From Sedimentisphaerales bacterium (GTDB lineage Bacteria; Planctomycetota; Phycisphaerae; Sedimentisphaerales; SM23-30), in assembly GCA_963663965.2 (NCBI GenBank), contig CAXXFK010000029.1, positions 64,001-128,000 on the forward strand: a stretch of DNA of 64,000 bases, read 5' to 3'. Shown here piece by piece: positions 33,070 through 43,899 of the stretch. Under the pieces are notes generated by a model. The model had not been told where the DNA came from and ran no database searches. It saw nothing but the letters and a program-made list of their open reading frames with translations. The translations under genes and the position numbers were made by a program. Position 1 is the stretch's first letter, and each line of letters opens with the position of its first letter.

Positions 33070-34146
33070 TTGGAAACAAGCGTTTTTTTTAACAGGCATC
33101 TGCCAATGTTGATCAGTGAGATAGCCAGATTAATTGATGGACAGTTTGAAGACGATAGAGATATATCCGTTACAGGTATCGCTTCGTTAGGTCAGGCGGG
33201 TCCGGAAGAAATCTCGTTTATCTCCGATGAGCAATACGCCGCCCAGTTCAAAGAGACCCTGGCCGGCGCCGTCATCGTGTCTGTGGGATATGCCGGCACA
33301 ATGCCGGATTGTCCCACGATCCGGGTGGCGGATGTGCCGGCTGCCCTGGACAGGATTCTGGAGATGTTTGCTCCTGCACCCGATTATCCAGCCGTTGGGA
33401 TTCATCCGCAGGCTTGGGTCGATCCTGCCGTGGAACTGGGAGAACAGGTGGCCATTGGCGCCCACGTGAGCGTGGGTGCGGGTACAAGAATCGGCGCGAA
33501 TAGTGTTCTTTATCCGGGGTGTCGTATCGGCCGGGATGTCGTGATTGGCTCTAACTGTATTTTATATTCCAATGTTGTTATCAATCGGCGCTGTTGTCTG
33601 GGGGAACGTGTTATTATCCATCCCAACAGTACGATTGGAGCCGATGGTTTTGGGTATCGACTGGTGGATGGCCGGCATCGCAAAATCCCTCATATTGGAA
33701 ATGTGGTGATTGAAGATGATGTTGAAATTGGCGCGAACAGTTGTGTTGACCGGGCAAAATTCGGTCAGACTATTGTGGGACGCAACACAAAAATCGACAA
33801 CCTGGTTCAGGTTGCTCACAATGTGCGAATTGGCGCATCCTGCATTCTGGTGGCCCAGGTCGGACTGGCGGGTAGTTGCGAACTGGGAAATTATGTCGTG
33901 CTGGGTGGCCAGACGGGTGTGGCGGATCATGTCAAAATCAACGATGGCGCCATGATTGCCGGCCATTCGGGTGTCGTAAGAGAAATTGCCCCCGGATCGA
34001 AAGAAATGGGGTTGCCATCCAAAAAGATCAAAGACTTTTTCCGGGAATGTTCCCTGACGAGTAAATTACCTCAACTATTCAAAGAAGTTAAACTTATCAA
34101 CGAACGATTAAACTGCCTTGAGAAATCAGATCACCATAACCAATAG
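33070..34146 (+). CDS. lpxD: UDP-3-O-acylglucosamine N-acyltransferase (start may be ATG 33106)
   Basis: Hexapeptide repeats, IGADGFGY, VEIGANSCVDR, KIDNLVQVAHN. Confidence 0.96.
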   Translation: METSVFFNRHLPMLISEIARLIDGQFEDDRDISVTGIASLGQAGPEEISFISDEQYAAQFKETLAGAVIVSVGYAGTMPDCPTIRVADVPAALDRILEMFAPAPDYPAVGIHPQAWVDPAVELGEQVAIGAHVSVGAGTRIGANSVLYPGCRIGRDVVIGSNCILYSNVVINRRCCLGERVIIHPNSTIGADGFGYRLVDGRHRKIPHIGNVVIEDDVEIGANSCVDRAKFGQTIVGRNTKIDNLVQVAHNVRIGASCILVAQVGLAGSCELGNYVVLGGQTGVADHVKINDGAMIAGHSGVVREIAPGSKEMGLPSKKIKDFFRECSLTSKLPQLFKEVKLINERLNCLEKSDHHNQ

Positions 34147-35428
34147 TATTGAGATAACAGGCAAAGCGTTATTTTCCGGCGAGGATGTGACGCTGATCTT
34201 CAGACCGGCTGAGCCTGATACCGGTATCGTATTTGTCCGTTCTGACTTGAACGAACCGGTCAGGATCCCGCTTCACATCGATTCTGTTGCTCATCGGCCA
34301 CGCCGTACGGCCGTTACCGACGGCTCGGTAGCGATTGAAACCGTGGAGCATTGTCTGGCGGCCGTTCACGCGTTGGGAGTGGACAATCTAATTATTGAAC
34401 TGAATGGCGGTGAACTGCCCAATATCGACGGCAGTTGTGAACCGTTTGCCGCCAAATTGCTGGAGGCAGGTTTTACGGAACTGGACAAGCCCCGCGAGGT
34501 CTTTGTCATTGAAGAACCGGTTACGATCAAGAATGGCGACGCCGTTCTTTACGCGCTTCCGGATAAAAATGATCAGTTGAGCATCATTTACGATTTGCAT
34601 TATCAGCATCCGCTGGTAGGTCGGCAATTATATCAGTTTAATTTAACAGTCGACGCCTTTATGAAGGATATCGCACCGGCCCGAACTTTTGTCCTGGAAA
34701 GTGAGGCGCGTGAGTTTCAGGCTCATGGCATCGGAAAACATTTAACGGGACGGGATGTGCTGGTTTTGGCTGAAGAAGGGCCGATCGATAACGAATTTCG
34801 TTATACGGACGAGTGTGTCCGCCATAAAATCGGCGATTTACTGGGTGATTTAATGTTGCTGGGGCGCCCAGTGTTTGGCCGGATTGTCGCTTATCGCAGT
34901 GGGCATCAGTGCAATCAGGCATTGGTTCGTGAACTCAATACTCAGATCCAAAAGCAACTTCACAAGCGAAAGCTGCGCGCCGCCGAACCGTTGTTGGATA
35001 TTCGCAAGATACAGAAAATTTTGCCGCATCGTTATCCGTTTCTTCTGGTTGACCGCGTGATCGAGATCGAAGGGGATCGCCGCGCGGTTGGTATAAAAAA
35101 CGTCACGATGAACGAATTGTTCTTTCAGGGGCATTTTCCGGGGCAACCGATTATGCCGGGGGTATTGATCTTGGAGGCGCTGGCCCAGATGTCGGGCCTG
35201 TTGTTCGCACAACGATTGGAGCATACCGGGCAATTGGCCGTGTTGTTGAGCATGGATAAATGCAAGATGCGCAAGCCGGTGGTTCCAGGGGACCAATTGA
35301 TATTGGATGTTGAGGCGGTTCGGATCAAAAACCGTACCGGGGATTGCCGGTGCAAGGCGCTGGTTGGCGATACGGTTGTTGCTGAGGCCCAGATCCGGTT
35401 TATCCTGGTTGATGCCGATCCGGTATGA
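34118..35428 (+). CDS. lpxC/fabZ: Bifunctional LpxC deacetylase / FabZ dehydratase
   Basis: TVEHCLA, RHKIGDLLGD, SGH; LPHRYPFLLVD, GHFPGQPIMPGVLILEA. Confidence 0.96.
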   Translation: MRNQITITNSIEITGKALFSGEDVTLIFRPAEPDTGIVFVRSDLNEPVRIPLHIDSVAHRPRRTAVTDGSVAIETVEHCLAAVHALGVDNLIIELNGGELPNIDGSCEPFAAKLLEAGFTELDKPREVFVIEEPVTIKNGDAVLYALPDKNDQLSIIYDLHYQHPLVGRQLYQFNLTVDAFMKDIAPARTFVLESEAREFQAHGIGKHLTGRDVLVLAEEGPIDNEFRYTDECVRHKIGDLLGDLMLLGRPVFGRIVAYRSGHQCNQALVRELNTQIQKQLHKRKLRAAEPLLDIRKIQKILPHRYPFLLVDRVIEIEGDRRAVGIKNVTMNELFFQGHFPGQPIMPGVLILEALAQMSGLLFAQRLEHTGQLAVLLSMDKCKMRKPVVPGDQLILDVEAVRIKNRTGDCRCKALVGDTVVAEAQIRFILVDADPV

Positions 35429-35506
35429 TTACAGTGAATGGCGGTTCGAAAAAATATAACACAATCTTGCTCCGGCGAGTAAGAAAATTTTTCAGTAAGT
35501 GAAATT

Positions 35507-36325
35507 ATGAATGACAGGAATCAGATTGCTCCGACCGCCATGGTTGACCCGACGGCTCAACTGGGGAGCGATATTCAAATCGGTTCGGGTAGTGTGATCG
35601 GCCCGGGGGTAACCATTGGCGATGGATGCCGGATCGGCAGCCATGTCATTATCGTTCGTGGAACGACGCTGGGTCGGAATAACCGGATATTCCATGGGTG
35701 TATTCTTGGTGAGGAACCCCAGATGCTGCATGGCTGCGATCCAGAGACCCGGTTGGAGATCGGCGAGGGGAATGTGATCCGGGAATATGTGACCATCCAT
35801 CGCGGCACTCCCGAAGGCGCCGGAGTGACGCGAATCGGCAATGGAAATTTTTTCATGGTTGGCTCTCACCTGGGCCATGATTGCATCGTGGAGGACCATG
35901 TTGTTCTGACCAACAGTTGTCATATTGGCGGGCATGGTAAACTGGAACGACGAGCCTGGCTGAGCGGCGGCGTCATGACCCATCAGTTTGTCACGATCGG
36001 CTGCTTTGCCTATGTGGCGGGGCAATCGGCAGTCAGCCATGATATACCGCCGTTTGTCCGGGTATCCGGGAGTTATCCCTGTGAAGTACGGGGTATTAAT
36101 TCGGTCGGATTACAGCGGGGAGGATTGACCGAGGCCAGTATCCAGACTTTACTGCGTTTATACCGTCAACTGTATCGCAAGCGCCAAGGACGCTCCATTT
36201 TGACGCTTGTACAAGAATTGCTGAACGATAATCAATGGGATGAGCATGCCCGTTATCTACTGGAATCAATCCAAAGAAGCGGAGAACATCGGATGGGTCG
36301 TTATCGAGAGCAATTCCGACATTAG
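35507..36325 (+). CDS. lpxA: Acyl-ACP:UDP-GlcNAc acyltransferase, copy 1 (divergent)
   Basis: REYVTIHRGT, HLGHDC, HQF, DIPPF; the QDLK loop reads QMLH. Confidence 0.88.
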   Translation: MNDRNQIAPTAMVDPTAQLGSDIQIGSGSVIGPGVTIGDGCRIGSHVIIVRGTTLGRNNRIFHGCILGEEPQMLHGCDPETRLEIGEGNVIREYVTIHRGTPEGAGVTRIGNGNFFMVGSHLGHDCIVEDHVVLTNSCHIGGHGKLERRAWLSGGVMTHQFVTIGCFAYVAGQSAVSHDIPPFVRVSGSYPCEVRGINSVGLQRGGLTEASIQTLLRLYRQLYRKRQGRSILTLVQELLNDNQWDEHARYLLESIQRSGEHRMGRYREQFRH

Positions 36326-36469
36326 CTGGCGCCAACAGGCAGTTGTATGCAATTCATGAACTGTTGGCGATTCGTTTAGTAAAATCGAGATCAGCTTTTT
36401 TAGATTTCGATAGATCTTTTAATTTTAACGAAACGATTGATTGGTCGTTTCATGGAATAGAGAAAGACA

Positions 36470-37342
36470 ATGTCTGAGATTTCCAAATTAGCCGTAATAC
36501 ACCCTTCCGCCAGAATCGGCGAAGAGGTCAAAATTGGACCTTTCTGTGTGATTGACGAAGATACCGAGATTGGCGATGGCTGTATTCTGCACAATAATGT
36601 GACGATCGGAAGTCATACACGAATTGGTAAAAAAAATGTATTTTACCAGAATGTCGTGATTGGTGTCGCACCCCAGGATCTGAAATATCGCGGGGCGCCC
36701 ACCCGAACGGTGGTGGGAGATCACAACGTTTTTCGTGAATGCGTGACGGTGCATCGCGGCACGGAAAATGGCGGGGGGGAAACGGTGATAGGCAACAATG
36801 GATTGTATATGGTAGCATGCCATATCGCCCACGATTGTCATCTGGGTAACCGGATTATCCTGGGCAATCAATCGCAACTGGCCGGTCATGTGTCCATTGA
36901 AGACGGGGTGGTCATTTCCGGGTTGATCGGCATACACCATTTCGTCACCGTCGGCCGTTACAGTTACATCGCCGGCATGACTCCGGTGCGCCGGGATGTG
37001 CCGCCTTATGTCAAATTTGCCGGCGATCCTAATGAAGTTCGCGGCATCAATGATGAAGGCTTGAAACGAAATGATCTGACCAGCGAAGATATTGAATCTT
37101 TATGGCTTGCTTTTCGGCAATTATACCGTGGAGAGAGCCGAAATATCTCACAAATTGTGGATGAGATGCTGGATACTGGCGTCTTAAATCCACATGTTCG
37201 CTATATGTGCGAATTTTTACAACGGAGTTTACAAAATCGTTATGGCCGGTTCAAAGAGCTGGTCCGAACGGATGGGAACGTTCCCAAGGCCGGACGTCAG
37301 GCCTTTGAGGTGCGTGACGATTTCGATGACTTATCTCAATAA
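36470..37342 (+). CDS. lpxA: Acyl-ACP:UDP-GlcNAc acyltransferase, copy 2
   Basis: PQDLKY, HRGT, HIAHDC, AGHV, DVPPY; HQF reads HHF. Confidence 0.92.
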   Translation: MSEISKLAVIHPSARIGEEVKIGPFCVIDEDTEIGDGCILHNNVTIGSHTRIGKKNVFYQNVVIGVAPQDLKYRGAPTRTVVGDHNVFRECVTVHRGTENGGGETVIGNNGLYMVACHIAHDCHLGNRIILGNQSQLAGHVSIEDGVVISGLIGIHHFVTVGRYSYIAGMTPVRRDVPPYVKFAGDPNEVRGINDEGLKRNDLTSEDIESLWLAFRQLYRGESRNISQIVDEMLDTGVLNPHVRYMCEFLQRSLQNRYGRFKELVRTDGNVPKAGRQAFEVRDDFDDLSQ

Positions 37343-37390
37343 TCGTTGATAGATAGAATCTGATGGCGACAGGAATAGAAAGACAGAATT

Positions 37391-38443
37391 ATGAATAAAC
37401 TAAGAACTGCAGTCATAGGTGCCGGTAAAATGGGCCGTTTGCATAGCCGGATATACAGTCAGATGGATGAAGTGAGCCTGGTCGCCATTGTGGATCAGGA
37501 CATTGAAAAATCCCGGGAACTGACCGGGCAGTTTGGCGGCGAGGCACTGACCGATCCGGCAGGGTTGAACGGCAAGGTGGACGCCGTGACGGTTGCCGTG
37601 CCAACCGAGTGCCATGAAGCCATTGCCAGTCCGCTGTTGAAGCAAGGTGTGGCTGTGCTGGTCGAAAAACCGATCGCCGATTCCAGGGAGAAAGGCCAGC
37701 GAATGCTGGAACTGGCCAAAGCGAATAATTGTATTTTGCAGGTGGGGTATTCCGAGCGATTTAACCCAGTGAGTCAGGCGATGAACCGGCTGGGAGTCAA
37801 GCCGCGTTTTATTGAGTCGAACCGAATTTCGCCTTTTACGTTCCGTTCGACCGATGTGGGGGTGGTTCTGGATATGATGATCCACGATATCGATATTATT
37901 TTGTCTCTTGCCAAGAGTCCGGTGATCGATGTCCATGCAGTAGGTGTCAATGTTCTGGGGGCTCATGAAGATATTGCCAATGTCCGTCTGATTTTTGAAA
38001 ACGGTTGTGTCGCCAATATGATGGCCTCCCGTCTGGCATTGAAGACAGAGCGCCGAATCCGGTTATTCAGTGAGGATGCCTATTTGTCACTGGATTTATT
38101 TAAAAAAACCGGGACGATGATCAGCAAATCCGCGAATATCAATATGCTGCAGGAGTTGCGAAAAGTGATAGGGGAAGACGGCCAGTTGAACCTTTTTGGA
38201 ACTGACTGGAGCAAACTGGTTCATGTTGAAGAGCTCAATATTGATGATAAAGAACCCTTGCGTCTGGAGCAGGAGGCATTTATCAAGGCGGTAATGGAGG
38301 GGGGGCGTCCGGAAGTATCGGCTGAAGACGCGATCGCAGCCATGGAACTGGCTGAACGCATTGTTGACTGTATCGGGAAGCATGAATGGGAAGGTTCCAG
38401 CGCCGCTCATATCAGTCAGACGCACTGGCACGGTTCCAAGTGA
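37391..38443 (+). CDS. Gfo/Idh/MocA oxidoreductase, probably GnnA-like UDP-GlcNAc 3-dehydrogenase
   Basis: GAGKMG, VEKP, ERFNP, DVGVVLDMMIHDID; directly after lpxA, as gnnA is in GlcN3N lipid A producers. Confidence 0.75.
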   Translation: MNKLRTAVIGAGKMGRLHSRIYSQMDEVSLVAIVDQDIEKSRELTGQFGGEALTDPAGLNGKVDAVTVAVPTECHEAIASPLLKQGVAVLVEKPIADSREKGQRMLELAKANNCILQVGYSERFNPVSQAMNRLGVKPRFIESNRISPFTFRSTDVGVVLDMMIHDIDIILSLAKSPVIDVHAVGVNVLGAHEDIANVRLIFENGCVANMMASRLALKTERRIRLFSEDAYLSLDLFKKTGTMISKSANINMLQELRKVIGEDGQLNLFGTDWSKLVHVEELNIDDKEPLRLEQEAFIKAVMEGGRPEVSAEDAIAAMELAERIVDCIGKHEWEGSSAAHISQTHWHGSK

Positions 38444-38526
38444 TCCAGTAAGGATTGATGTTACCCTCCGATTGGCGCTCGAAGCTTTTTTATTTGATGG
38501 TTCAGTAGCATGTTGAGGATAGAAAC

Positions 38527-39261
38527 ATGGCACAATTAAATGTAAACATCGATCATGTCGCCACAGTAAGACAGGCGCGGCTTACTAATGAACCTGATCC
38601 GGTCTGGGCCGCGGTAGAATGCGAGCTCGGCGGCGCCAGCGGCATTACCATGCATCTCCGGGAAGATTGCCGGCATATTCAACCCCGGGATGTCGAACTG
38701 GTAAAACAGACCGCGGCGGTTATCCTGAATCTCGAAATGGCGATGACCGAAAAAATGATACGCTATGCCTTGAAACTCAAACCAGATCAGGTGACTCTGG
38801 TGCCGGAACGTCGTGAAGAGTTAACCACAGAAGGCGGCCTGGACTGTGTTAAGTTTCAGCGTAAGCTTTCTCAGAGCGTAAAGCGGCTTCAGGAAGAGGG
38901 TGGGATTGCGGTCTCGAGTTTTATCGTTCCTGATGAAAATCAGATCAAAGCCTGCAGCGCGGCGGGATGCAAAGCGATTGAACTGCATACGGGAATGTAC
39001 GCGAATGCTCACACCGAACATCAGGTAGCCAAACGACTGGTAGAACTGGAACGGGCCCGCGATGTGGGCAAAGACTGTGGTCTGATCATTCATGCCGGTC
39101 ATGGTCTGACGTATCGGAATATCGGCCCGATTGCCAGGATTAACGGCCTGGAAGATTTCAATATTGGCCATAGTATTATTTCCCGATCTATTTTTATCGG
39201 CATCCGTCAGGCAACGCGGGAAATGATTCAGCTGATCGATAAATTTTCCAGCTCGAAATAA
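38527..39261 (+). CDS. pdxJ: Pyridoxine 5'-phosphate synthase
   Basis: VNIDHVATVRQAR, HLREDCRHI, TTEGG, HAGHGL, NIGHS. Confidence 0.97.
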   Translation: MAQLNVNIDHVATVRQARLTNEPDPVWAAVECELGGASGITMHLREDCRHIQPRDVELVKQTAAVILNLEMAMTEKMIRYALKLKPDQVTLVPERREELTTEGGLDCVKFQRKLSQSVKRLQEEGGIAVSSFIVPDENQIKACSAAGCKAIELHTGMYANAHTEHQVAKRLVELERARDVGKDCGLIIHAGHGLTYRNIGPIARINGLEDFNIGHSIISRSIFIGIRQATREMIQLIDKFSSSK

Positions 39262-39515
39262 TTCTTCTCAACGGATCCTGCTTTACCTGACATAATTGTT
39301 ACAAAATTGTATTTCTGAAGAATAACGCAGGAAATTTGTTGGCAATCCGCAATCAGTGTCGTTACATAACTGCTATTAATTAAATAAATTATAAAGTTTT
39401 CAGGCCATTCGAGTAAAAAAACAGAATGAGGATATGAATATTTGGATGTCGGATTATGCTGGCTGTTTTGAGCAGGAATGATAATGGGTAAATCAGCGGA
39501 CGGCTGATTCTTTGC

Positions 39516-39544
39516 TTGAAAATATGCACCCGTCTTCATACAAT
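39516..39544 (+). promoter_or_regulatory. Near-consensus sigma70 promoter TTGAAA-N17-TACAAT upstream of dapA
   Basis: Hexamers and 17-nt spacer read directly; preceded by hairpin AATCAGC/GCTGATT at 39491-39509. Confidence 0.6.
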
Positions 39545-39549
39545 ACCCA

Positions 39550-39702
39550 GCCTGACTTGCTTTTGATACCCGATGGGTATGAAAATTCCCGATCGCTCGC
39601 AAGATAAGTTTTTACTCGTGTAGAACTTATATCACGGCCCAGCGGGTCTTTTCAATTGCAAGCATACCAGTATCGTGTTGAGATGCTCCTCAACCGTCAG
39701 GC
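39550..39702 (+). ncRNA. Candidate structured RNA (end-paired rod) or dapA 5' leader; family not recognised
   Basis: Nested helices found by eye: 39550-56/39696-702, 39556-60/39658-62, 39563-66/39652-55, 39568-77/39638-47 (one mismatch), 39604-12/39622-30, 39677-82/39689-94. Confidence 0.4.
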
Positions 39703-39800
39703 AACACATTGCTGTTTCATGACATATCAAGCAACCGTTTCGGCATCTCTAACTGTGAGCAGGATTATTCCTGGAACCCTTCCATAACAAGGAGACTGAC

Positions 39801-40673
39801 ATGTTTTCCGGAAGTATTGTAGCGATCGTCACCCCCTTCGATGACGGCAATGTAGACTATGAAACCTTGCGAGAGCTGGTGGATATGCATCTGCGCAGCG
39901 GAACAGACGCGATTGTGCCCTGCGGGACCACTGGTGAATCCCCCACCCTTTCCTATGAAGAGCATAAGCAAGTTATCAAGGTTGTGGTGGATGAGGTGAA
40001 AGGCCGGGTACCCGTCATTGCCGGTTGCGGCTCCAATTCCACTGCAGAGGCCATCGAATTAACCACCTTTGCCAAACAGGTGGGCGCCGATGCCACATTA
40101 CAAGTGTCGCCCTATTACAATAAACCATCCCAGGAAGGCATGTACCGTCATTTTGAGGCGATTGCCGCCGCCGTGGATCTGCCGATTGTGTTGTATAATA
40201 TTCCCGGACGGTGTGTAGTCAATATGACTGCCGATACCATAGCCCGTCTGGCAGAAATTGAACAGATTGTCGCGATCAAGGAGGCCTCCGGCAAGCTGGA
40301 TCAAGTTTCTGAAATCGCGAATAAATGCGATCTGACCCTATTGTCCGGTGATGACAGCCTGACACTTCCCATTGCTTCGGTTGGCGGCAAAGGAGTTATC
40401 TCTGTGGTTGCCAATTTAATTCCAACTGATGTTAAAGCGATGACTGACGCGATATTGGAAGGTGATTTTGGTTCAGCAAGGAAATGGCATAAAAAACTGT
40501 TTAGTCTGGCCAGTTCCCTGCTTGGACTCAGCACCAATCCGGTGCCGATTAAGGCAGCCATGGCAATGATGCAGATGTGTTCAGAAGAAGTCAGACTCCC
40601 CATGGTGGCCCTGGAAGAGTCGCAAAAAGTAATTTTGCGACAATTGCTGGTCGATTATGGCTTGTTAAAATAA
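39801..40673 (+). CDS. dapA: 4-hydroxy-tetrahydrodipicolinate synthase
   Basis: GTTGESPTL, PYYNKP, YNIPGR, IKEASG, SGDD, TNPVPIK. Confidence 0.97.
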   Translation: MFSGSIVAIVTPFDDGNVDYETLRELVDMHLRSGTDAIVPCGTTGESPTLSYEEHKQVIKVVVDEVKGRVPVIAGCGSNSTAEAIELTTFAKQVGADATLQVSPYYNKPSQEGMYRHFEAIAAAVDLPIVLYNIPGRCVVNMTADTIARLAEIEQIVAIKEASGKLDQVSEIANKCDLTLLSGDDSLTLPIASVGGKGVISVVANLIPTDVKAMTDAILEGDFGSARKWHKKLFSLASSLLGLSTNPVPIKAAMAMMQMCSEEVRLPMVALEESQKVILRQLLVDYGLLK

Positions 40674-40813
40674 GATGAATGTAATAGTTTTGTAAAAACA
40701 GAACTGAGGTTCCATATTTGACGTTTTAAAATAGATGTTCACTGTATATAATAACGTTAAAGTATCCTGCCACGGTGGGACTGTTTTTTTTGCCCCCAAT
40801 ATTGGAGATTTAT

Positions 40814-41773
40814 ATGAAATCGAGAATAACTACGATAGTTTGCCTGATGATGTTTGCCGTACTGACCAGCCTGGCCAGTGCAGCGGAAAGTGAAAAAAAG
40901 GAGGAAAAAACCATACCCGTCAAAGAAGGGGATAATGCGGTAACCGCCGGGATCGTCAAACCCGCCGCACCAAAGTTTGCTAATGACGATGAAAAAATCA
41001 GTTATATCATTGGTGTACAATTGGGAGAGAGTTTCAAGGCTCAAGATTTGAATATCAGCGCCCAGTTGCTGGCGCGGGGAATAATGGATGTGTTTTCCGG
41101 AAGCGATCTGGCGATCCCCAAGGAAGAGCACCAAGCCATCCTGCAGGCGTATCAGAACAAAATGCGCGAAAAGATGGAAAAAGAGCGTGATGAAATGGAA
41201 GCCAAGATGAAAGAAGAAGGCGAGAAGCAACTTGGCGATAAAGCCTGGAAACTGAATTTAAAAAAGCCTGAGAAGATGACATTCGATGCCAATAAGGATT
41301 ATTTATGGGTTCTGCAAACCAATAAGGGCAAGATCACCATCAAGCTCTGGCCCGATGTGGCTCCGATGCATGTAAGCAGTACGATCTTTCTGACGAAAAA
41401 AGGATTTTACGATGGAATCAAATTTCACCGGGTCATACCAGAATTCATGGCGCAAGGCGGCTGTCCGTTGGGTACGGGCACCGGTGGTCCCGGCTATGAA
41501 TACGATGGCGAATTCAAAGATGATGTCAAACATGACAAGCCTTACCTGTTAAGCATGGCCAATCGGGGGCCCGGTACTGACGGCAGTCAGTTCTTCCTGA
41601 CTTTTAAAGCCACACCCTGGCTGGATGGCAAACATACCATTTTTGGAGAAATTATTGAAGGTAAAGATGTTATGGCCAAGTTTGAGGAGGCTGGAACGCC
41701 ATCCGGCAAACCCAAAGAAGAGTTGTCGATCGAAAAAGCGACAATTGTCGAGAAAGACAAAAACCAGCCATAA
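40814..41773 (+). CDS. Exported PPIase: FkpA/Mip-type N-terminal dimerisation domain fused to a cyclophilin domain
   Basis: Signal peptide; KISYIIGVQLG...RGIMD (FKBP_N-like) + long helix; FHRVIPEFMAQGG, LSMANRG, GSQFF, WLDGKHTIFG. Confidence 0.88.
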   Translation: MKSRITTIVCLMMFAVLTSLASAAESEKKEEKTIPVKEGDNAVTAGIVKPAAPKFANDDEKISYIIGVQLGESFKAQDLNISAQLLARGIMDVFSGSDLAIPKEEHQAILQAYQNKMREKMEKERDEMEAKMKEEGEKQLGDKAWKLNLKKPEKMTFDANKDYLWVLQTNKGKITIKLWPDVAPMHVSSTIFLTKKGFYDGIKFHRVIPEFMAQGGCPLGTGTGGPGYEYDGEFKDDVKHDKPYLLSMANRGPGTDGSQFFLTFKATPWLDGKHTIFGEIIEGKDVMAKFEEAGTPSGKPKEELSIEKATIVEKDKNQP

Positions 41774-41830
41774 GTTTACTATACGGACTTTTTTCAAGCT
41801 GACAGGGTTGATTCAAGTCTGAAATTGTCG

Positions 41831-41877
41831 AAAAAAAAACCGCCGGAATCGGATAAGATTCACCGGCGGTTTTGTTT
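41831..41877. terminator. Bidirectional terminator between the PPIase gene and cheX
   Basis: AAAACCGCCGG/CCGGCGGTTTT stem, A9 on the left, T-rich on the right, convergent genes. Confidence 0.8.
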
Positions 41878-41893
41878 ATCGCAGGAAAACGTA

Positions 41894-42373
41894 TCAGCAG
41901 GGAACGGCGCTAGGTACTTTGGTCTTTTTTAACGCTACGTCAATCGTTAATCGGCCACTGGAGACTTCACAGGGTATCGTAATAATCGGTACCCCACGCG
42001 GATAGGAGACTTCGTGTTTGCCGATAACGACGGTTGGTACTGAGATCGAATTATCCCCGGTGGGAAAATCCTTTTTGGCGCCTCCAGCGATGATATTAGC
42101 TACTTCGCCAATGGCGTCTTTGCAGTCTTCATTCACTTCATGGATTTCTTCACCTAATAAGGCTGAGGCAATTTGCAGGGCGACCGGTTTGGAAAAGCTG
42201 ATTACAACACTGCCAGTGATCGTACCGGAGACACCGATAATACTGCTGATCTCGAATACCGGTAAGGTATCTTGTTTGAGACGAGGTTTGCCCAAACTAA
42301 ATGGAACATTGATCATGGTTTTGAAAAGATCTTGAATAGAAACCAGAAAAGGATTAATATATCTAACATCCAT
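41894..42373 (-). CDS. cheX: CheY-P phosphatase CheX
   Basis: MDVRYINPF, IGVSG, DAIGEVANIIAG, ISVPTVVIG; GAGGAG RBS. Confidence 0.93.
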   Translation of the reverse strand: MDVRYINPFLVSIQDLFKTMINVPFSLGKPRLKQDTLPVFEISSIIGVSGTITGSVVISFSKPVALQIASALLGEEIHEVNEDCKDAIGEVANIIAGGAKKDFPTGDNSISVPTVVIGKHEVSYPRGVPIITIPCEVSSGRLTIDVALKKTKVPSAVPC

Positions 42374-42392
42374 GATAATGAAACTCCTCAGG

Positions 42393-43478
<1,086 letters not shown>

Positions 43479-43871
43479 CTAGAGACTGATTTTTTCGATA
43501 TTGAGTGTGTCAACCAGAATCTTACGTATCGCTTCAGGAGTAAATGGTTTGTGGATATAGCCTTTAATGCCGAGGTGCTGCAGTTCTTCAATGCGAGCGG
43601 CGCTGGCTTCCGTGGATATGACGACCATGGGGATATGTTTAAGTGTCGAGTCGTTAAACAACCGTTCAGCCAGTTCCATGCCATTCATTCTGGGCATATT
43701 CAGATCGGCCATAATCAAATCGGCATTACCGTCTGAAAGCAATTGCAAGGCTTCCTGTCCATTGGACGCCTCGATAATTTCGTCCACCTCCACGCCGGTC
43801 ATCCCAATAGTTTTTTTCAGAACAGCCCGGGTTACGGCAGAATCATCGATGATCAGTATTTGGTATCCCAT
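43479..43871 (-). CDS. cheY: Single-domain response regulator, CheY-like
   Basis: IDDS, DLNMP, ST, KPF; within the che cluster. Confidence 0.85.
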   Translation of the reverse strand: MGYQILIIDDSAVTRAVLKKTIGMTGVEVDEIIEASNGQEALQLLSDGNADLIMADLNMPRMNGMELAERLFNDSTLKHIPMVVISTEASAARIEELQHLGIKGYIHKPFTPEAIRKILVDTLNIEKISL

Positions 43872-43899
43872 TGTCTATCCTTTATACGATTAAAGCGGC

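Noticed and set aside
39262..39800. Canonical lysine riboswitch or T-box before dapA
   Set aside because: The conserved AGAGGNGC/GCCGAA and UGGNACC signatures were not found.
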